Source: Nitrospinales bacterium (GTDB taxonomy: Bacteria > Nitrospinota > Nitrospinia > Nitrospinales > VA-1). From it: a stretch of DNA of 64,000 bases. Where the stretch lies: assembly GCA_965223345.1 (NCBI GenBank), contig CBDCWG010000012.1, positions 2,240,001 to 2,304,000 of the forward strand. Reading direction: 5' to 3'. The notes below the pieces were generated by a model. The model searched no databases and had not been told where the DNA came from. It saw nothing but the letters and a program-made list of their open reading frames with translations. Position numbers and translations under genes: made by a program. Positions 62,904 to 64,000 of the stretch are shown piece after piece (within the stretch, counting starts at the first letter, position 1; each line of letters starts with the position of its first letter).

Positions 62904-64000
62904 TTAAGCGATCGGCGCTTTTTCCCGCTCCTGCTGATGCTGCAACCAGGATTGAAAGATCAGAACATTCCATAAGAAATACTGCCAGTCCCGCTGCCCG
63001 GATGCGTGTTCCAGCCACCGCTTGCGGATCGGCGCCGGATCGAAGAAGCCCTGCTGCTCGATTTTTTTCTCCTGCAGCAGATCCTCCGCCCACTCGCGCA
63101 AAGGACCGCGCATCCAGTGCCCGACGGGAATGGCGAATCCCCTTTTGGGCCGCTCGATGAGCTGTTTGGGGACGTACTGGTACAGGACCTGGCGCAGCAG
63201 CCATTTGCTCTGACCGTTGCGTAGCTTCATGTGCAGGGGCATTCTCCAAGCGGTCTCGACCACGCGGTGATCGAGCAGTGGCACGCGCGCTTCCAGGCTG
63301 ACCCCCATGCTGGCGCGGTCCACCTTGGTGAGGATGTCGTCCGGCAGATAGGTGATCGTGTCGAGAAGCATCATCTGGTGGGTGAAGTCCAGATGGTTTG
63401 CGTTGGCCCATCCGTTGGAGTAATAGGTCGCCGGTTCGTGCGCATCCCGCACCAGCGTGCCGGCGTTTCTCCACTGCGAAATGAGTTTGAGGTACAAAGC
63501 CTGCGGGCTGTTCGCGTCGAGCATGCTGGCGAGCTTGTGCAGCTTGTCTCCGGGCAGCGCGGTTTTCGTTTTTCCCGACAGCAGAGAATCAAAACGGCCG
63601 AGCAGGCGGTTCCACTGTTCCGGAGAAACCGCGGTCATCCATTTACCCGCCTGCTTTCGCAGCGAAACCGGGACCCATTTCATCTTGTTCCAGATCGAGA
63701 CGCCCCAGTTGTAGCGGTGATAGCCCGCGAACAGCTCGTCGCCGCCGTCGCCTGAGAGGGAGACGGTGACTTTCTGTTTTGCCAATTGCGAGACGAGAAA
63801 CGTCGGTATCTGCGACGCATCGGAAAAGGGTTCGTCGTACAGAGTGGGCAGTCTCGGGATAACGTTTCGCGCTTCTTCGGGTGTGACGTAGAGTTCGGTG
63901 TGGTCGGTTCCCAGATGCTGAGCGACTTTTTTGGCGTCCTTGGCTTCGTTGTGGCTTTCCTCGTGAAAGCCGATGGAGAAAGTTTTGACGGGATCGGTGC
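62904..64000 (-). CDS. asnB: Asparagine-synthase-like amidotransferase, copy 2 (5' part outside window)
   Basis: Open to the window edge; DEPFSDAS, SGDGGDE, KVDRASM..SLEARVP, RPKRGF. Confidence 0.93.
   Translation of the reverse strand, partial: TDPVKTFSIGFHEESHNEAKDAKKVAQHLGTDHTELYVTPEEARNVIPRLPTLYDEPFSDASQIPTFLVSQLAKQKVTVSLSGDGGDELFAGYHRYNWGVSIWNKMKWVPVSLRKQAGKWMTAVSPEQWNRLLGRFDSLLSGKTKTALPGDKLHKLASMLDANSPQALYLKLISQWRNAGTLVRDAHEPATYYSNGWANANHLDFTHQMMLLDTITYLPDDILTKVDRASMGVSLEARVPLLDHRVVETAWRMPLHMKLRNGQSKWLLRQVLYQYVPKQLIERPKRGFAIPVGHWMRGPLREWAEDLLQEKKIEQQGFFDPAPIRKRWLEHASGQRDWQYFLWNVLIFQSWLQHQQEREKAPIA

Overview
GC-rich bacterial chromosomal segment, most likely from a Nitrospina-like nitrite oxidiser (Nitrospinota). 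This is inferred from a 16S signature and from gene content, not from a database search. From left to right the window holds: a cyclase-family hydrolase; a CopA-type Cu ATPase followed by a CutF/CruR-like leader protein, a DsrE-like protein and a triheme cytochrome c; apbE, a VOC protein, a ClC-CBS channel, rpe and tatA; an incomplete complex I operon (nuoA-C-H-I-J-K-L-M-N, no nuoB/D/E/F/G); an AT-rich delta-class carbonic anhydrase lying between the 5S rRNA 3' end plus terminator and a displaced second copy of them; a complete rrn operon (16S, tRNA-Ile, tRNA-Ala, 23S, 5S, minus strand); an MsbA-like ABC exporter; futalosine-pathway genes (mqnP-like, mqnE); a chemotaxis cluster (cheY, cheX, cheA, cheW, convergent cheB); gcvR-like, def and mscS; and a ~20 kb surface-polysaccharide region. 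The strongest candidate for a novel system is a CheA kinase carrying a group I truncated-haemoglobin domain between its Hpt and dimerisation domains, which could sense O2/NO without a receptor. Next are the carbonic-anhydrase islet at the 5S rRNA 3' end and the NuoB/NuoD-less complex I operon. No CRISPR array, transposase or integrase was seen.
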